Positions 28,682 through 38,767 of a DNA stretch of 64,000 nt are shown here, one piece after another. Source of the stretch: Promethearchaeota archaeon (GTDB taxonomy: Archaea > Asgardarchaeota > Lokiarchaeia > Sigyniarchaeales > SOKP01); the NCBI GenBank assembly GCA_016839705.1, contig JAEOTR010000032.1, positions 22,464-86,463 on the forward strand, read 5' to 3'. Each line of letters starts with the position of its first letter. The first letter of the stretch is position 1. The notes under the pieces were generated by a model. That model was not told the origin of the DNA and made no database searches. It was given only the letters and a program-made list of their open reading frames with translations. A program made the translations under genes and the position numbers.

Positions 28682-29932
28682 TTGGAATTAAATCCGTATG
28701 AAGTAGCGAAAGAACAAATTGATATAGTTGCAAAAGAAATGGGATTAGATCCCAATGTGACAAGATATCTCAAGAGAATTGAGAGAGCCCTAATCGTATC
28801 TATCCCAATAATGATGGATGACGGCTCACTTCAGATTTTTGAAGGTTACCGCGTTCATCATTCGACTGTTCGAGGTCCAGGAAAAGGAGGTATAAGATTT
28901 GCCCCAAATGTAAATCTTGATGAAGTAAAAGCTTTGGCAACTTGGATGACTTGGAAATGTAGCCTACTAAAACTACCATTAGGGGGTGCTAAAGGAGGAA
29001 TTTGTGTGAATCCAAGAGAGTTATCAAAAAAAGAATTGGAAAAACTTACTAGGAGATATGCTACAGCGATTATTAATTTTATTGGCCCTGACATCGATGT
29101 CCCAGCTCCAGATGTAAACACAAATGCACAAATAATGGCCTGGATCATGGATACCTATAGTATGAACAAAGGAATGGCTGTACCCGGAGTTGTTACTGGA
29201 AAGCCAATTGAAATTGGTGGATCAGTCGGTAGAAATTCTGCAACTGGGATGGGTTTGTACTTTGTTATCGATGCAATGTGTGAAAAATTAGAAATGAAAT
29301 TAGAAACGCAAAAAATTATTGTCCAAGGATTTGGTAATGTAGGGGGTTGGATTGCCAAGTTATTATACGATCGTGGTTGTAAAATTTTGGCAGTTTCGGA
29401 TATTTCTGGTGGACTTTATTATTCTGAAGGCTTGGAAATTGAAAAATTGCTTGAGTGGACACGCCAAGGAAACTATTTAAAAGACTATAATGATAAGCGT
29501 TATAAGCTAATAACAAATGAGGAATTACTTACAACCGGATGCGATATATTAATCCCAGCGGCTCTTGAAAATCAAATAACCAAAGATAATGTAAATGATA
29601 TTAAATGTAAAATCGTACTAGAAGGGGCAAATGGACCTACAAGTCCTGAAGCAGATCAAATATTGTTTAAAAAAGGAATACATGTTATTCCAGATATTCT
29701 TGCTAATGCTGGTGGTGTCTGTGTTTCATATTTTGAGTACGTTCAAGATATTCACGCTTATTTTTGGGATTTAGATCGAATAAATAAAGAATTAAAAAGG
29801 ATTCTTATTGAAGCTTTTGAGGATGTGTATGAAATTTATAAGGAAAGAGCTATTCCACTTCGCACAGCAGCTTATATAATCGCTGTATCTCGAATTGCAA
29901 AGGCCTTTGATTTAAGAGGGATTTTTCCATAA
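28682..29932 (+). CDS. gdhA: Glutamate dehydrogenase
   Basis: GPGKGGIRF, WMTWKC, GGAKGG, VPAPD, GRNSATG, QGFGNVG, EGANGPT. Confidence 0.9.
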   Translation: MELNPYEVAKEQIDIVAKEMGLDPNVTRYLKRIERALIVSIPIMMDDGSLQIFEGYRVHHSTVRGPGKGGIRFAPNVNLDEVKALATWMTWKCSLLKLPLGGAKGGICVNPRELSKKELEKLTRRYATAIINFIGPDIDVPAPDVNTNAQIMAWIMDTYSMNKGMAVPGVVTGKPIEIGGSVGRNSATGMGLYFVIDAMCEKLEMKLETQKIIVQGFGNVGGWIAKLLYDRGCKILAVSDISGGLYYSEGLEIEKLLEWTRQGNYLKDYNDKRYKLITNEELLTTGCDILIPAALENQITKDNVNDIKCKIVLEGANGPTSPEADQILFKKGIHVIPDILANAGGVCVSYFEYVQDIHAYFWDLDRINKELKRILIEAFEDVYEIYKERAIPLRTAAYIIAVSRIAKAFDLRGIFP

Positions 29933-29964
29933 ATTTTTCAATTTTGTAATATTGTTAGTTTATT

Positions 29965-30372
29965 TTGAATAGCAATTCAGATGAGGAAGGTTTATTTCGT
30001 AAAGTAGATTGTATTCGTGTTCCTCTACCAAGTATACAAGAAGGATTAAAATTTTATAGAGAATTGCTTGGACACCAATTAATTTGGCGAACTGATTCTG
30101 CTGTTGGATTGAATATTCCAGAAAGTGAAGCAGAATTGGTAATCCATGTAGAAACAGATGAATCCGAGACAGATATAAAGGTAAATTCTGTAGAAATCGC
30201 AGCTTTACGTTTTAAAAAGGCTGGGGGATCAATCTTAAAAGATCCATTCGATATTCCAATAGGGAAGTGCTGTGTAGTCATGGATCCATGGAGTAATAAG
30301 TTTGTGTTATTAGATTCATCGAAAGGTGTTTTCGTTACTGATTCAAATAGAAATATATTAGGTTTGAAATAA
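29965..30372 (+). CDS. VOC/glyoxalase-family protein
   Basis: FYRELLG, AGGSILKDPFDIPIG, DPWSN. Confidence 0.85.
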   Translation: MNSNSDEEGLFRKVDCIRVPLPSIQEGLKFYRELLGHQLIWRTDSAVGLNIPESEAELVIHVETDESETDIKVNSVEIAALRFKKAGGSILKDPFDIPIGKCCVVMDPWSNKFVLLDSSKGVFVTDSNRNILGLK

Positions 30373-30466
30373 GAAAATCGCATTAAGCAAAATTCTTAAT
30401 TTAACCTGTTCATAATTTATTAATTGTCAGTTTAAATTTTTTCTACTTTCATTTTACTATGAAGTC

Positions 30467-31768
30467 TTGATTAGATTTTATCTAGGTATTTATAAAATGA
30501 CTAATATTGAACCTGTAGGGATTGAGTTTTTCTCACCATTTAATATGAATAAATGTACTATATGTGGAGAATGTTTTCATAAATGTCCCGTAATGAAGCT
30601 ATCTGAAAAGGAATCTATTGAAGAGATGAAAAAGCTTATTAAAGGAGAAAAAACTATTAAGGTTTTAACTGAATGCCAAAGTTGCTTTTCATGTAATTTT
30701 TTTTGCCCTGAAGATGCCCATCCTACAAGCTTAATCCTACAAAGATGGAATGAACAATATAGCAATGAAGGATTGAGGAAACGGGGAAAATATTATATGA
30801 CTCTCTATCCTCATTATCCAAATTTTCGATCTTATGTTATGGAACGTCTTCCGAAGAAGACAAAAGAATTGGTTAGAAAATGGGCATCTTTAGAACCATT
30901 AGAAAATGAAACTTTAACATATCCAGGTTGTAATATTATAACATTCGCAGAACTAACTCAAGCAAGTTTTTTTAAAGAATTAGACATAAGAGGACGTTTA
31001 GAATATTGTTGTGGGGAAACGTTATTTCGTACAGGTTATCGTGATGAGTTATTTCAGGTTACAAAAAGATTGGATAAATGGTTTAAAACACTAAATCCGA
31101 AGAAATTATTAGTTATGTGTACCGCAGGAACAAATGTGTTCAAGAATGTTCTTCCACATTACGGACTTACCTACAAGTTTGAAGAGATTAAATCTTATAT
31201 ACAATATCTATGGGAAAAAATTGAAAGTGGGAAAATCCAAGTAAAATATAAGCTTAACATGTCTGTAACAGTCCAAGATTCATGTTATGCAAAAATGTTT
31301 GGTGAAGAATATATGGATTTACCGAGGAGAATACTTTCTGCAATTGGGATTAATATCGTAGAAATTGATGCATGTAGAGAAAATATGCGATGTTGTGGAA
31401 TCGGTGCGGGATTTTCTGTAGATTCTTCTTATCAACCATTTAAAATTAAATCAGCAGCTTTCAGAAATTTTAAAGAGTTTAAGACATCTAAAGCTGAAGC
31501 TGTATGTGTATATTGTGCTGGGTGCTTAGCAACATTTACAGCAAATAAAAAATTATATCCAAGAAAACTAAAAGTTTATCATATAATTGAATTATTACAA
31601 TTAGCAATAGGGGAAAAACCTTCTCTTACAAATAACGCAAAGAAAAAGCGTTCGAAGCATTTTTTCTGGGGGACCATTTGGAAACAAGTTCCAAAAATAT
31701 TTTCAAAAAAGACATTTCGATTAACTGAAATACCTGAAGATCCACCAGAATATGGAGATGCATGGTAA
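30467..31768 (+). CDS. Fe-S oxidoreductase (GlpC/HdrD-like; ferredoxin motifs + CCG domains)
   Basis: CxxCxxCxxxCP twice; YCCGE and RCCGIG; YCAGC; ATG at 30497 possible. Confidence 0.85.
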   Translation: MIRFYLGIYKMTNIEPVGIEFFSPFNMNKCTICGECFHKCPVMKLSEKESIEEMKKLIKGEKTIKVLTECQSCFSCNFFCPEDAHPTSLILQRWNEQYSNEGLRKRGKYYMTLYPHYPNFRSYVMERLPKKTKELVRKWASLEPLENETLTYPGCNIITFAELTQASFFKELDIRGRLEYCCGETLFRTGYRDELFQVTKRLDKWFKTLNPKKLLVMCTAGTNVFKNVLPHYGLTYKFEEIKSYIQYLWEKIESGKIQVKYKLNMSVTVQDSCYAKMFGEEYMDLPRRILSAIGINIVEIDACRENMRCCGIGAGFSVDSSYQPFKIKSAAFRNFKEFKTSKAEAVCVYCAGCLATFTANKKLYPRKLKVYHIIELLQLAIGEKPSLTNNAKKKRSKHFFWGTIWKQVPKIFSKKTFRLTEIPEDPPEYGDAW

Positions 31769-33132
31769 GTATGACTATTGGTAAAAGGATTTCGGCTTTT
31801 AATGAAGAAAAGTGTGATTTATGTGGACAATGCTTTCATTTATGTCCCGTTTTACAATTATCTTTAGAAGAATCAAAAAAAGAAATTAAAAGCTTAATTG
31901 AAGGTAAAGAATCTAAATATGTACTTTCTAAATGCAATACGTGTTTTTCATGTAATTTATACTGTCCTCAAAAAGCTAACCCTTATCAATTAATTCTTGA
32001 GAGATGGAATGATTTATACAAGAAACGTGGAGCACCTCCATTATATAAATTTGTTTGCCCAACAGAATTACCCAATATTTGGCAATTGATTAATTTATTT
32101 CTATCTGATCAAGAACAGAAGTGGATTTCTAATTGGATGAATTATTCTCCTAAACCTGAAGATACAATCCTGATCATAGGGAATTACACCCATTTGTTTC
32201 CTTTTATAATAGGAGGAAGTAATTTATTAGATTTTTTCAAACCAATTGATCTAATCGATCAATGGGAAGGTGGAGCTTATTTATATCAGGGAGGATATCT
32301 AGACGTTGTTGCTAAAATTGCTGAAAAATGCAAAGCTGATTTTGATAAATGGGATGTTAAAAATATTGCTCATACTTTAGACGCAGTACAATTTATCTTT
32401 TCAGAGATTCATCCAAAGGAAATGGGAGTTACCCATAATCGAAATTTTATTAATTTTAATGATTGGATATTAGATAGTCTTAAATCTGGGGAATTACCGA
32501 TCACAAAGAAATTAAAATTTAGTGTAACTATTCATGATAATTGTTATTCAAAAGCTTTAAATGGAATTTATTGGGATCCTCCACGAAAAATCTTAGAATT
32601 ATGTGGATGTGAAATTAAGGAAATGGAACATATCAAAAAAGATTCTCTCTGCTGTGGATTTGGGGCAGGAGCTTCTTGGGTAAGAAATATTTCAATTCCC
32701 TTTGATATTATTTCAGAAGGATGCAAGAAATTTAAAGAAGCAGAAGAAACAGGGGCAAATGCGCTAATTTCTTATTGTAGTGGTTGCTTATATTTATTAT
32801 GGGCAACTCGTGAACTTGTTGGTAGTAAAATTGATTTGTATCATATTTTAGAAATAGTAAGGATGGCTATGGGAGAACAATTACAATACCCCAAAATTCA
32901 TATAAAACGAGCTTGGGATATAATTGCGATTATAACCTATCAATTACTAATTTCAGTATTGCAAAACAATTTCTTCATTAAGCGTATTAGTTATGATAAA
33001 AATAGGAGTACATTCAAACCAAAAAATTACTTTTTATTAAGAATAATTAGGAACTTATTTCGGATTAGGATTATCAGAAAGATTTTCAGAAAATTATTCC
33101 TATTCCAAATGAAGATAATGAAAACAAGATAG
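31762..33132 (+). CDS. Fe-S oxidoreductase, tandem paralog
   Basis: CxxCxxCxxxCP twice; HDNC, LCCGFG, YCSGC; first CCG motif degenerate. Confidence 0.85.
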   Translation: MVSMTIGKRISAFNEEKCDLCGQCFHLCPVLQLSLEESKKEIKSLIEGKESKYVLSKCNTCFSCNLYCPQKANPYQLILERWNDLYKKRGAPPLYKFVCPTELPNIWQLINLFLSDQEQKWISNWMNYSPKPEDTILIIGNYTHLFPFIIGGSNLLDFFKPIDLIDQWEGGAYLYQGGYLDVVAKIAEKCKADFDKWDVKNIAHTLDAVQFIFSEIHPKEMGVTHNRNFINFNDWILDSLKSGELPITKKLKFSVTIHDNCYSKALNGIYWDPPRKILELCGCEIKEMEHIKKDSLCCGFGAGASWVRNISIPFDIISEGCKKFKEAEETGANALISYCSGCLYLLWATRELVGSKIDLYHILEIVRMAMGEQLQYPKIHIKRAWDIIAIITYQLLISVLQNNFFIKRISYDKNRSTFKPKNYFLLRIIRNLFRIRIIRKIFRKLFLFQMKIMKTR

Positions 33133-33276
33133 GTGTATATTAGTAACTGGATGAATTATAAAGATTTTGAATATTTAAGTCGAAGTGCAAATTTTAGATA
33201 ATTTTTTATAATATAATCTTTAATAAGGTAAACAAGATTATCTTTTCTACTAAGACCAATTTTTAAGGCGTTTAGA

Positions 33277-33864
33277 TTGAGTAATGAACTTGATAAAATA
33301 ATAAATTTTATGAAACTAAAAAGAGAACCTGTAGAAGAAACGATTAAAGACACCAATTCTACCAATTTTGCACTATATTTAATAACAATTTCAATCATAT
33401 TAGGTGCAATACAAACTCTATTACAAAACTTACTGGCTCAAGATTTATATGAATGGATAATAAGCATATTTGGTGTTGCTCGTCCCAGTGTTACGAGAAT
33501 TATAATGGATGCCGTTGCTAACAATATAATTTTTCCAGTTTTTGCGATTATCCTTGTATTCTACATAGGAAATGCCATCAAAGGAGAAGCAGACTCATTT
33601 AACCATGTCATAAGAGCTATTGGATATTCAACTCCGCCATTGATAATAAGCACATTATTTTCATTCTTGTCATTGATTCCACACATAGCAATAGATATAC
33701 TAGTAGGATTTGCTAATTTCGCTTTTGGAATTTGGTTCGTGCTTGTATTAATTTTTGCTCTTATGTTAACCTTTAAAAAGGGAGCCTTAACAGCTATTGG
33801 TGCGCTTATAATCTCAGCAATAATTGCTGGAATAGCAACATCATGGACTGTCTTCATTCCTTAA
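33277..33864 (+). CDS. Yip1-domain membrane protein
   Basis: 5 TM; KGEADSFNHVIRAIGYSTPP motif. Confidence 0.75.
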   Translation: MSNELDKIINFMKLKREPVEETIKDTNSTNFALYLITISIILGAIQTLLQNLLAQDLYEWIISIFGVARPSVTRIIMDAVANNIIFPVFAIILVFYIGNAIKGEADSFNHVIRAIGYSTPPLIISTLFSFLSLIPHIAIDILVGFANFAFGIWFVLVLIFALMLTFKKGALTAIGALIISAIIAGIATSWTVFIP

Positions 33865-33946
33865 CTTTATTTTTTTTAAAATATCACTTGCTAATTTTAT
33901 TCAGAAGTTGATTTTATATTCAAAATTAAAAAAAAAGGATTATAAT

Positions 33947-35038
33947 TTAAGAGCTTGTACCATCAACATTAATTCCACCGGTGGTTGTTGTCAAACTAAG
34001 TGTGTATGTACTATTTGCTGTTCCATAATCAAGAGATTCAAAGGGATTTGAGCTTATAGCAGAAAAGCCACCACTATTAGTACGTGCATAACTACCAGTC
34101 GTTGTTGCTCCTAAAAAACTAGCACCAACAATTGCTTGATTATCTTTATATGTAACTCCAATGCCCCCCGTTGTTGTAACCAGAGAGCCAGTAATATTAA
34201 CACCCATATCGATATATTGATAAATGTTCGCAATAACCTCACCGGTAGTTGACACCAAATTCAATACGCTGTTTTGAGAGTATACCATGTTATAACTATT
34301 TAGAGTTATTTTACCTGTTGTACTTGTTCCACTTATATCATTTCCCATAACACAATTAGTAAAATTCAATGTGAGTAAACCTGTTGTTGATGTTGTTGTT
34401 AATCCTTGTGAAAAATTAACGTTTTTAGCAAAAATGTCAACTTTACCGGTGGTTCCCCCTGCTTGGACATTTCCACTAAAGGTGACATTTTCATTTGCAT
34501 TCAATGTGATGGAACCAGTTGTTGAATGCAAAATTGTATTATTCAAATCCATATTATCAGGAATATCCAGGTTTATTAAGCCTGTGGTTGATGCAGCAGC
34601 AATATCATAGTTTACATCAGTTCTAAGTGTAACATCAATTGTAATTATTTGAATAATAGGGAAGATAAACCATGTTATTGGGTTATTCTCAAGACTAAAA
34701 GTAGTTACCGGCTCGCTCACATTTGCCCATATAATAGGTTTGAAAAAATCTGAAAAAGATTTACCAGCTACAAAACCACCACTGACTTTAATATCTAATT
34801 CTAATTTTACAGCATAATTGGTTGGTGTGGAATTGTATTTTATGTTAATACTTCCTACATCACTAGAAAAGCTAACTTTTTCCCATGATGAGGGAACGCC
34901 AGGATCATAATAATAGTTATTAGAATATGCGAATTCACCCCAAGTGGCAACTACTACTATCCCAAAAGCAACTCCCCCACTCACAAGTAGTCCAGCTATA
35001 ATTAGGAAAACTATGTTTCTTCTTATCATATTTACCAT
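33947..35038 (-). CDS. Membrane-anchored beta-solenoid (DUF4097/adhesin-like) protein
   Basis: N-terminal TM; regularly repeated [S/T]TTG-x-hydrophobic motif; Thr/Asn-rich. Confidence 0.65.
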   Translation of the reverse strand: MVNMIRRNIVFLIIAGLLVSGGVAFGIVVVATWGEFAYSNNYYYDPGVPSSWEKVSFSSDVGSINIKYNSTPTNYAVKLELDIKVSGGFVAGKSFSDFFKPIIWANVSEPVTTFSLENNPITWFIFPIIQIITIDVTLRTDVNYDIAAASTTGLINLDIPDNMDLNNTILHSTTGSITLNANENVTFSGNVQAGGTTGKVDIFAKNVNFSQGLTTTSTTGLLTLNFTNCVMGNDISGTSTTGKITLNSYNMVYSQNSVLNLVSTTGEVIANIYQYIDMGVNITGSLVTTTGGIGVTYKDNQAIVGASFLGATTTGSYARTNSGGFSAISSNPFESLDYGTANSTYTLSLTTTTGGINVDGTSS

Positions 35039-35161
35039 TTTGATTAAATTAGTTTTGATGTTAAAATAGAATTATCCTTATTATTATATAAATAAAACTT
35101 AGACTAATTATTGAGATTAACATCTTCTTTGAAAAAAAAATTATGATTAAAAGTTTTAAAA

Positions 35162-35683
35162 TTACAATTTTTGGATCACAGAATGAGCAAATTTTTTAGC
35201 ATTTTCAAGGTCTTCTGCATTCGGCCTCCCCTTTAACCACTGTTGATGTTCTTCAGCTTCCTTTCGTTTTTCTGGAGGTAATTTTTCTAGCATAGAGTTA
35301 CGTATTGCTTCAGGAACACCAATATTATCACCACAGCAATCAAATTCATTAATTATTTCTGACTTTTCTCCCATTTTTTCTTTAACAACTCTGAAGCCAT
35401 CTTGATAAGGTACCCTACTCGCATGAGTGTTAAAGAATACGAATTTAGGCGGTAATTCTGTGGCAGCATCTATTAAATCAGCTAAAGATTTGTTTACTCT
35501 ACTCGCATAAATTCCTGATCCTAAAAACACCAATTCATAATCACCCAGAGTAGAAGGATCTACTTCTTTAATTGGTTTTATTTCTACTTCTTTCCCTTCA
35601 CAACCCTTATATATACTCTGAGCAATTTTTTCTGTATTTCCAGTTTGTGAATAATATGTTATTAAAATTTTCAAAATATACAC
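35162..35683 (-). CDS. Flavodoxin-family protein
   Basis: YYSQTGNTEKIA, LGSGIY, GRPNAEDLENAKKFA. Confidence 0.88.
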   Translation of the reverse strand: MYILKILITYYSQTGNTEKIAQSIYKGCEGKEVEIKPIKEVDPSTLGDYELVFLGSGIYASRVNKSLADLIDAATELPPKFVFFNTHASRVPYQDGFRVVKEKMGEKSEIINEFDCCGDNIGVPEAIRNSMLEKLPPEKRKEAEEHQQWLKGRPNAEDLENAKKFAHSVIQKL

Positions 35684-35726
35684 CGATTAAAATAATGTGG
35701 AAGTAGTATTAAATGTAAGTAAATCC

Positions 35727-36638
35727 TTAGAAGTCTTCAATTTTTAAAGTAAAAAATTTTATAGCATTCTCAACTGTTTTCTCACTAACTAAGTTTTGCG
35801 GAACATTATGAGAAAACGCTATAGCTGCAATTGAATATCTCACATTTGAAGGAACATTTATTGGACCTCTTTTAAAAGGATGTTGATAGTAAGAATCTGT
35901 CTCAGTAACTAATGAGCCTAAAGGGGAAAACTTAGTAACCTTTCTCCATCTATTAAATCCATAGGCACTACTAGGAACAGAAAGCATAAATCCTTGACTC
36001 GGTAATGTTCTCCCATAGTCCTCTGGACCAGAAAAACAATGCCACATAATTTTTTGTGGATTTAAATTGAAATCGTTTATTATTTTTAGAATTTCGTTAT
36101 TAACACCATCTCTTTTATTAAACCGATGTTTTGGATTTTGTCTATCAAACTCGTTTTCCCCCGCATTTCGAACATGTAGTATATAAGGTTTGTTATAATC
36201 TTTAGTTATGTCTAAAATTTGCTTGAAAACTTCTATTTGTTTATTTCTTTTCTCTAAGGTCTTCGCATGATGAAAATCAAGACCAATTTCTCCAATAGCT
36301 AAATATTTTTCTTGATTATTCTTTATGAAATCTACCCATTTTTTCCAATCAGAGTTATACTTATCTTTCGGGGTGTATGTAACTGTTTGGGGTGCCCAAC
36401 CACATGTAAATCCAAAATTCTTATTTACTTCTTTTATAAAATTGAGTGTGATATTTAATGTATTGATATCTATAGTGCTTGTTATTAAATACTGTCCGCC
36501 CATTTTAAAATAATTTAAATATTGTTCTCGATTAGTAGGTAAGTGGTCATTTTTAGGTCGTGGAAAGGGCATATGGCAATGAACATCAATGAATTTAAGA
36601 TTTTCCTCCGGTTCGGGTATATTAATCTTTTGTGGCAT
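35727..36638 (-). CDS. tatD: TatD-family nuclease
   Basis: DVHCH, GEIGLDF, LHVR, HCFSG, ETDS. Confidence 0.88.
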   Translation of the reverse strand: MPQKINIPEPEENLKFIDVHCHMPFPRPKNDHLPTNREQYLNYFKMGGQYLITSTIDINTLNITLNFIKEVNKNFGFTCGWAPQTVTYTPKDKYNSDWKKWVDFIKNNQEKYLAIGEIGLDFHHAKTLEKRNKQIEVFKQILDITKDYNKPYILHVRNAGENEFDRQNPKHRFNKRDGVNNEILKIINDFNLNPQKIMWHCFSGPEDYGRTLPSQGFMLSVPSSAYGFNRWRKVTKFSPLGSLVTETDSYYQHPFKRGPINVPSNVRYSIAAIAFSHNVPQNLVSEKTVENAIKFFTLKIEDF

Positions 36639-36806
36639 AATAATTACTGAGATATGTCAGGTGCTATGGATACTTGAAATAATTTTAAAGATATAATTTT
36701 TATCTAATTGTTGCTAAAATGTTTAATCCTGAAGATTTAATAGATTCTTACATTCTAATTGAAATTGAACTAATTCTTTAAATAAAGTCGTTTATTTAGA
36801 AGTAAC

Positions 36807-37220
36807 ATGTTAAGCCATTTAAACTCGAAACTTGAAGAGTTAGAATTAAAAAAGAAGGGTATGCAGCCAAAAATTGATGAAATAAATCTGAAACGAGATG
36901 AAGAAATCCAAACAATTAATAAAAAATATGACCATATGATTTATGAATTAAATTATGAGATCCAGAAGGTTGAAGATAGTATTCACAACGAGATGATTCA
37001 AACTTTTATAGATATAACATCAAAAGAATTAGATTTCAAACGAAGTACGACTTTATATTCCGTTTCAGATGATCTCAAAGAATTAAAAGAAAAGATAGCA
37101 AGATTTGAGTCTTTTCCTGAAGAATTAGTGAATAAATTGCATAAAGTAATAAATGGAGATCCAATAGAAAATATCATTTATGAACTCGATGATATTAAAA
37201 AGAAGTATTTAAGGAAATAA
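36807..37220 (+). CDS. Hypothetical coiled-coil protein
   Basis: 137-aa ATG ORF, charged heptad pattern. Confidence 0.65.
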   Translation: MLSHLNSKLEELELKKKGMQPKIDEINLKRDEEIQTINKKYDHMIYELNYEIQKVEDSIHNEMIQTFIDITSKELDFKRSTTLYSVSDDLKELKEKIARFESFPEELVNKLHKVINGDPIENIIYELDDIKKKYLRK

Positions 37221-37323
37221 ATTATATTATTTTCAATCTCATTAGGAAACTTTATGCATATTCTGAACGTATTATTTAGATATTACACAGATAAATATGT
37301 TCATTTGAATCTTATGGAATATA

Positions 37324-37491
37324 ATGAATGTCGAAGGTAATCATGATATGGAACTGTTTGAAGAGGAAGTTGAAATGTACAATTCAAAGATGCGATTACT
37401 GAATTGGCTATATGATGAAATCAGAATTCACCCGGAAATATCCAAGGATATGGTTAATGAAAAAGGCCAAAAACTTCCACTTAATTTCTAA
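37324..37491 (+). CDS. 55-aa hypothetical small protein
   Basis: MNVEGNHDMELFEEEVEMYNSKMRLLNWLYDEIRIHPEISKDMVNEKGQKLPLNF*; fills an otherwise empty gap and ends 5 nt before a convergent gene. Confidence 0.5.
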   Translation: MNVEGNHDMELFEEEVEMYNSKMRLLNWLYDEIRIHPEISKDMVNEKGQKLPLNF

Positions 37492-37496
37492 ATCAT

Positions 37497-38066
37497 TTAA
37501 TTCATATCAGGATGAATAGATACTATTGTCCTAATTAATTTATCTATTACTTCAATACCTTTATTTAATTCTACTTTATACGGAATATGGATAAAAACAA
37601 TTAGATATTTTTTTTCTGATAGAAGCAGAGACCAATAATAAATATAATTACATAAGTATATACCTGGATAATTTGAAAAGGTAATTTGTTTTTTGTCTTT
37701 TAGGTGTAAATTAGAATATAATTTGTTAATATTTAAGGTGGTTTTCAATAATAAGGGGCTCTTATATCGAATCAAACCAAACTTAAATTTACCATTCATA
37801 TCTTTGCCAAAAACAAAGTTCCATCCGTACTTTTCTATAATGAATTTTTTACCTTCATGAATACCTAAGTGGATTACTAATTTTAGATCTGAATAACCCT
37901 GAGTTAGTAGCTTATTAAGGGAATTCAGACTTAAGTCCCAAATTACGGGGAATACTTTCTTCTTAATGGGTAAATTTAAATTCGATAAATCAAGTTTTTC
38001 TACAATTTTGGCGCTAAGATTGAAAGATCTTCTTCCATATGGCCCAAAACCAGTCAAAATTATCAA
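37497..38066 (-). CDS. pcp: Pyroglutamyl-peptidase I (peptidase C15)
   Basis: LTGFGPY..NLS, IHLG, GIYLCNYIYY, FIHIP. Confidence 0.8.
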   Translation of the reverse strand: MIILTGFGPYGRRSFNLSAKIVEKLDLSNLNLPIKKKVFPVIWDLSLNSLNKLLTQGYSDLKLVIHLGIHEGKKFIIEKYGWNFVFGKDMNGKFKFGLIRYKSPLLLKTTLNINKLYSNLHLKDKKQITFSNYPGIYLCNYIYYWSLLLSEKKYLIVFIHIPYKVELNKGIEVIDKLIRTIVSIHPDMN

Positions 38067-38127
38067 GATTAAAACCTAATACATCTTCGAATCAAAATAA
38101 TTTGGAAATGAAAAAAATTAAAAAAAA

Positions 38128-38553
38128 TTAATACTCTTCTGATTCTGCTTCTTTTGCTTTCGCTTTTTCTAAATTACTCAATTCTTTTTTTAAAGCGTTT
38201 ATTTCTTTTTGAATATCTTTAATTTTCTTTTTCTTTTCAGATTCAATTGACTTTAACTTGTCATTTAAAGCTTTTTCTTTATCACTTTTCAATTTTGAGA
38301 GTTTTTTGCTTTCATCTTTAGCAGCAGCAATTTTTTCTTTCTTCTTTTCCGACCATTCTGCTGCTTTTTCAATTGCTTCATCCCTAAGTTGTTCTTCTTC
38401 TTCCAGTTTTACTTTTACTTCATTAATCTTAGCATCAAACTCATCTTCAATTTCTTTCTCTGCAGACCCATCCTGTTTAGAAGCTTCTTCCTCTATTCTA
38501 GTGATATCATCTTCTTTCGCAGAGATCTGACTTCTAATTTCTTCCTCAGACAT
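38128..38553 (-). CDS. Highly charged coiled-coil protein
   Basis: 141 aa dominated by E/K/A. Confidence 0.7.
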   Translation of the reverse strand: MSEEEIRSQISAKEDDITRIEEEASKQDGSAEKEIEDEFDAKINEVKVKLEEEEQLRDEAIEKAAEWSEKKKEKIAAAKDESKKLSKLKSDKEKALNDKLKSIESEKKKKIKDIQKEINALKKELSNLEKAKAKEAESEEY

Positions 38554-38767
38554 AATAATTCAATTTTGATAAATAATTTAGTATTTTTGATATTTTTGTT
38601 AGTAGTTCAAATGTTATAAATTATTGGTTAGTTCTACTACGATTACTTTCACCTATTTTTAAATTTTTTAGAAAAATTTATTATCATTATCCTTTGTATC
38701 TACTTATACAAAGATTAAGATATCGTTAACTTTTGGTTAAAAAGCAAAGATTAAAAGGTTGTATATA

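Noticed and set aside
36807-38553. Coiled-coil proteins as ESCRT-III/PspA-like
   Set aside because: Only compositional similarity; no diagnostic motif and no Vps4 neighbour
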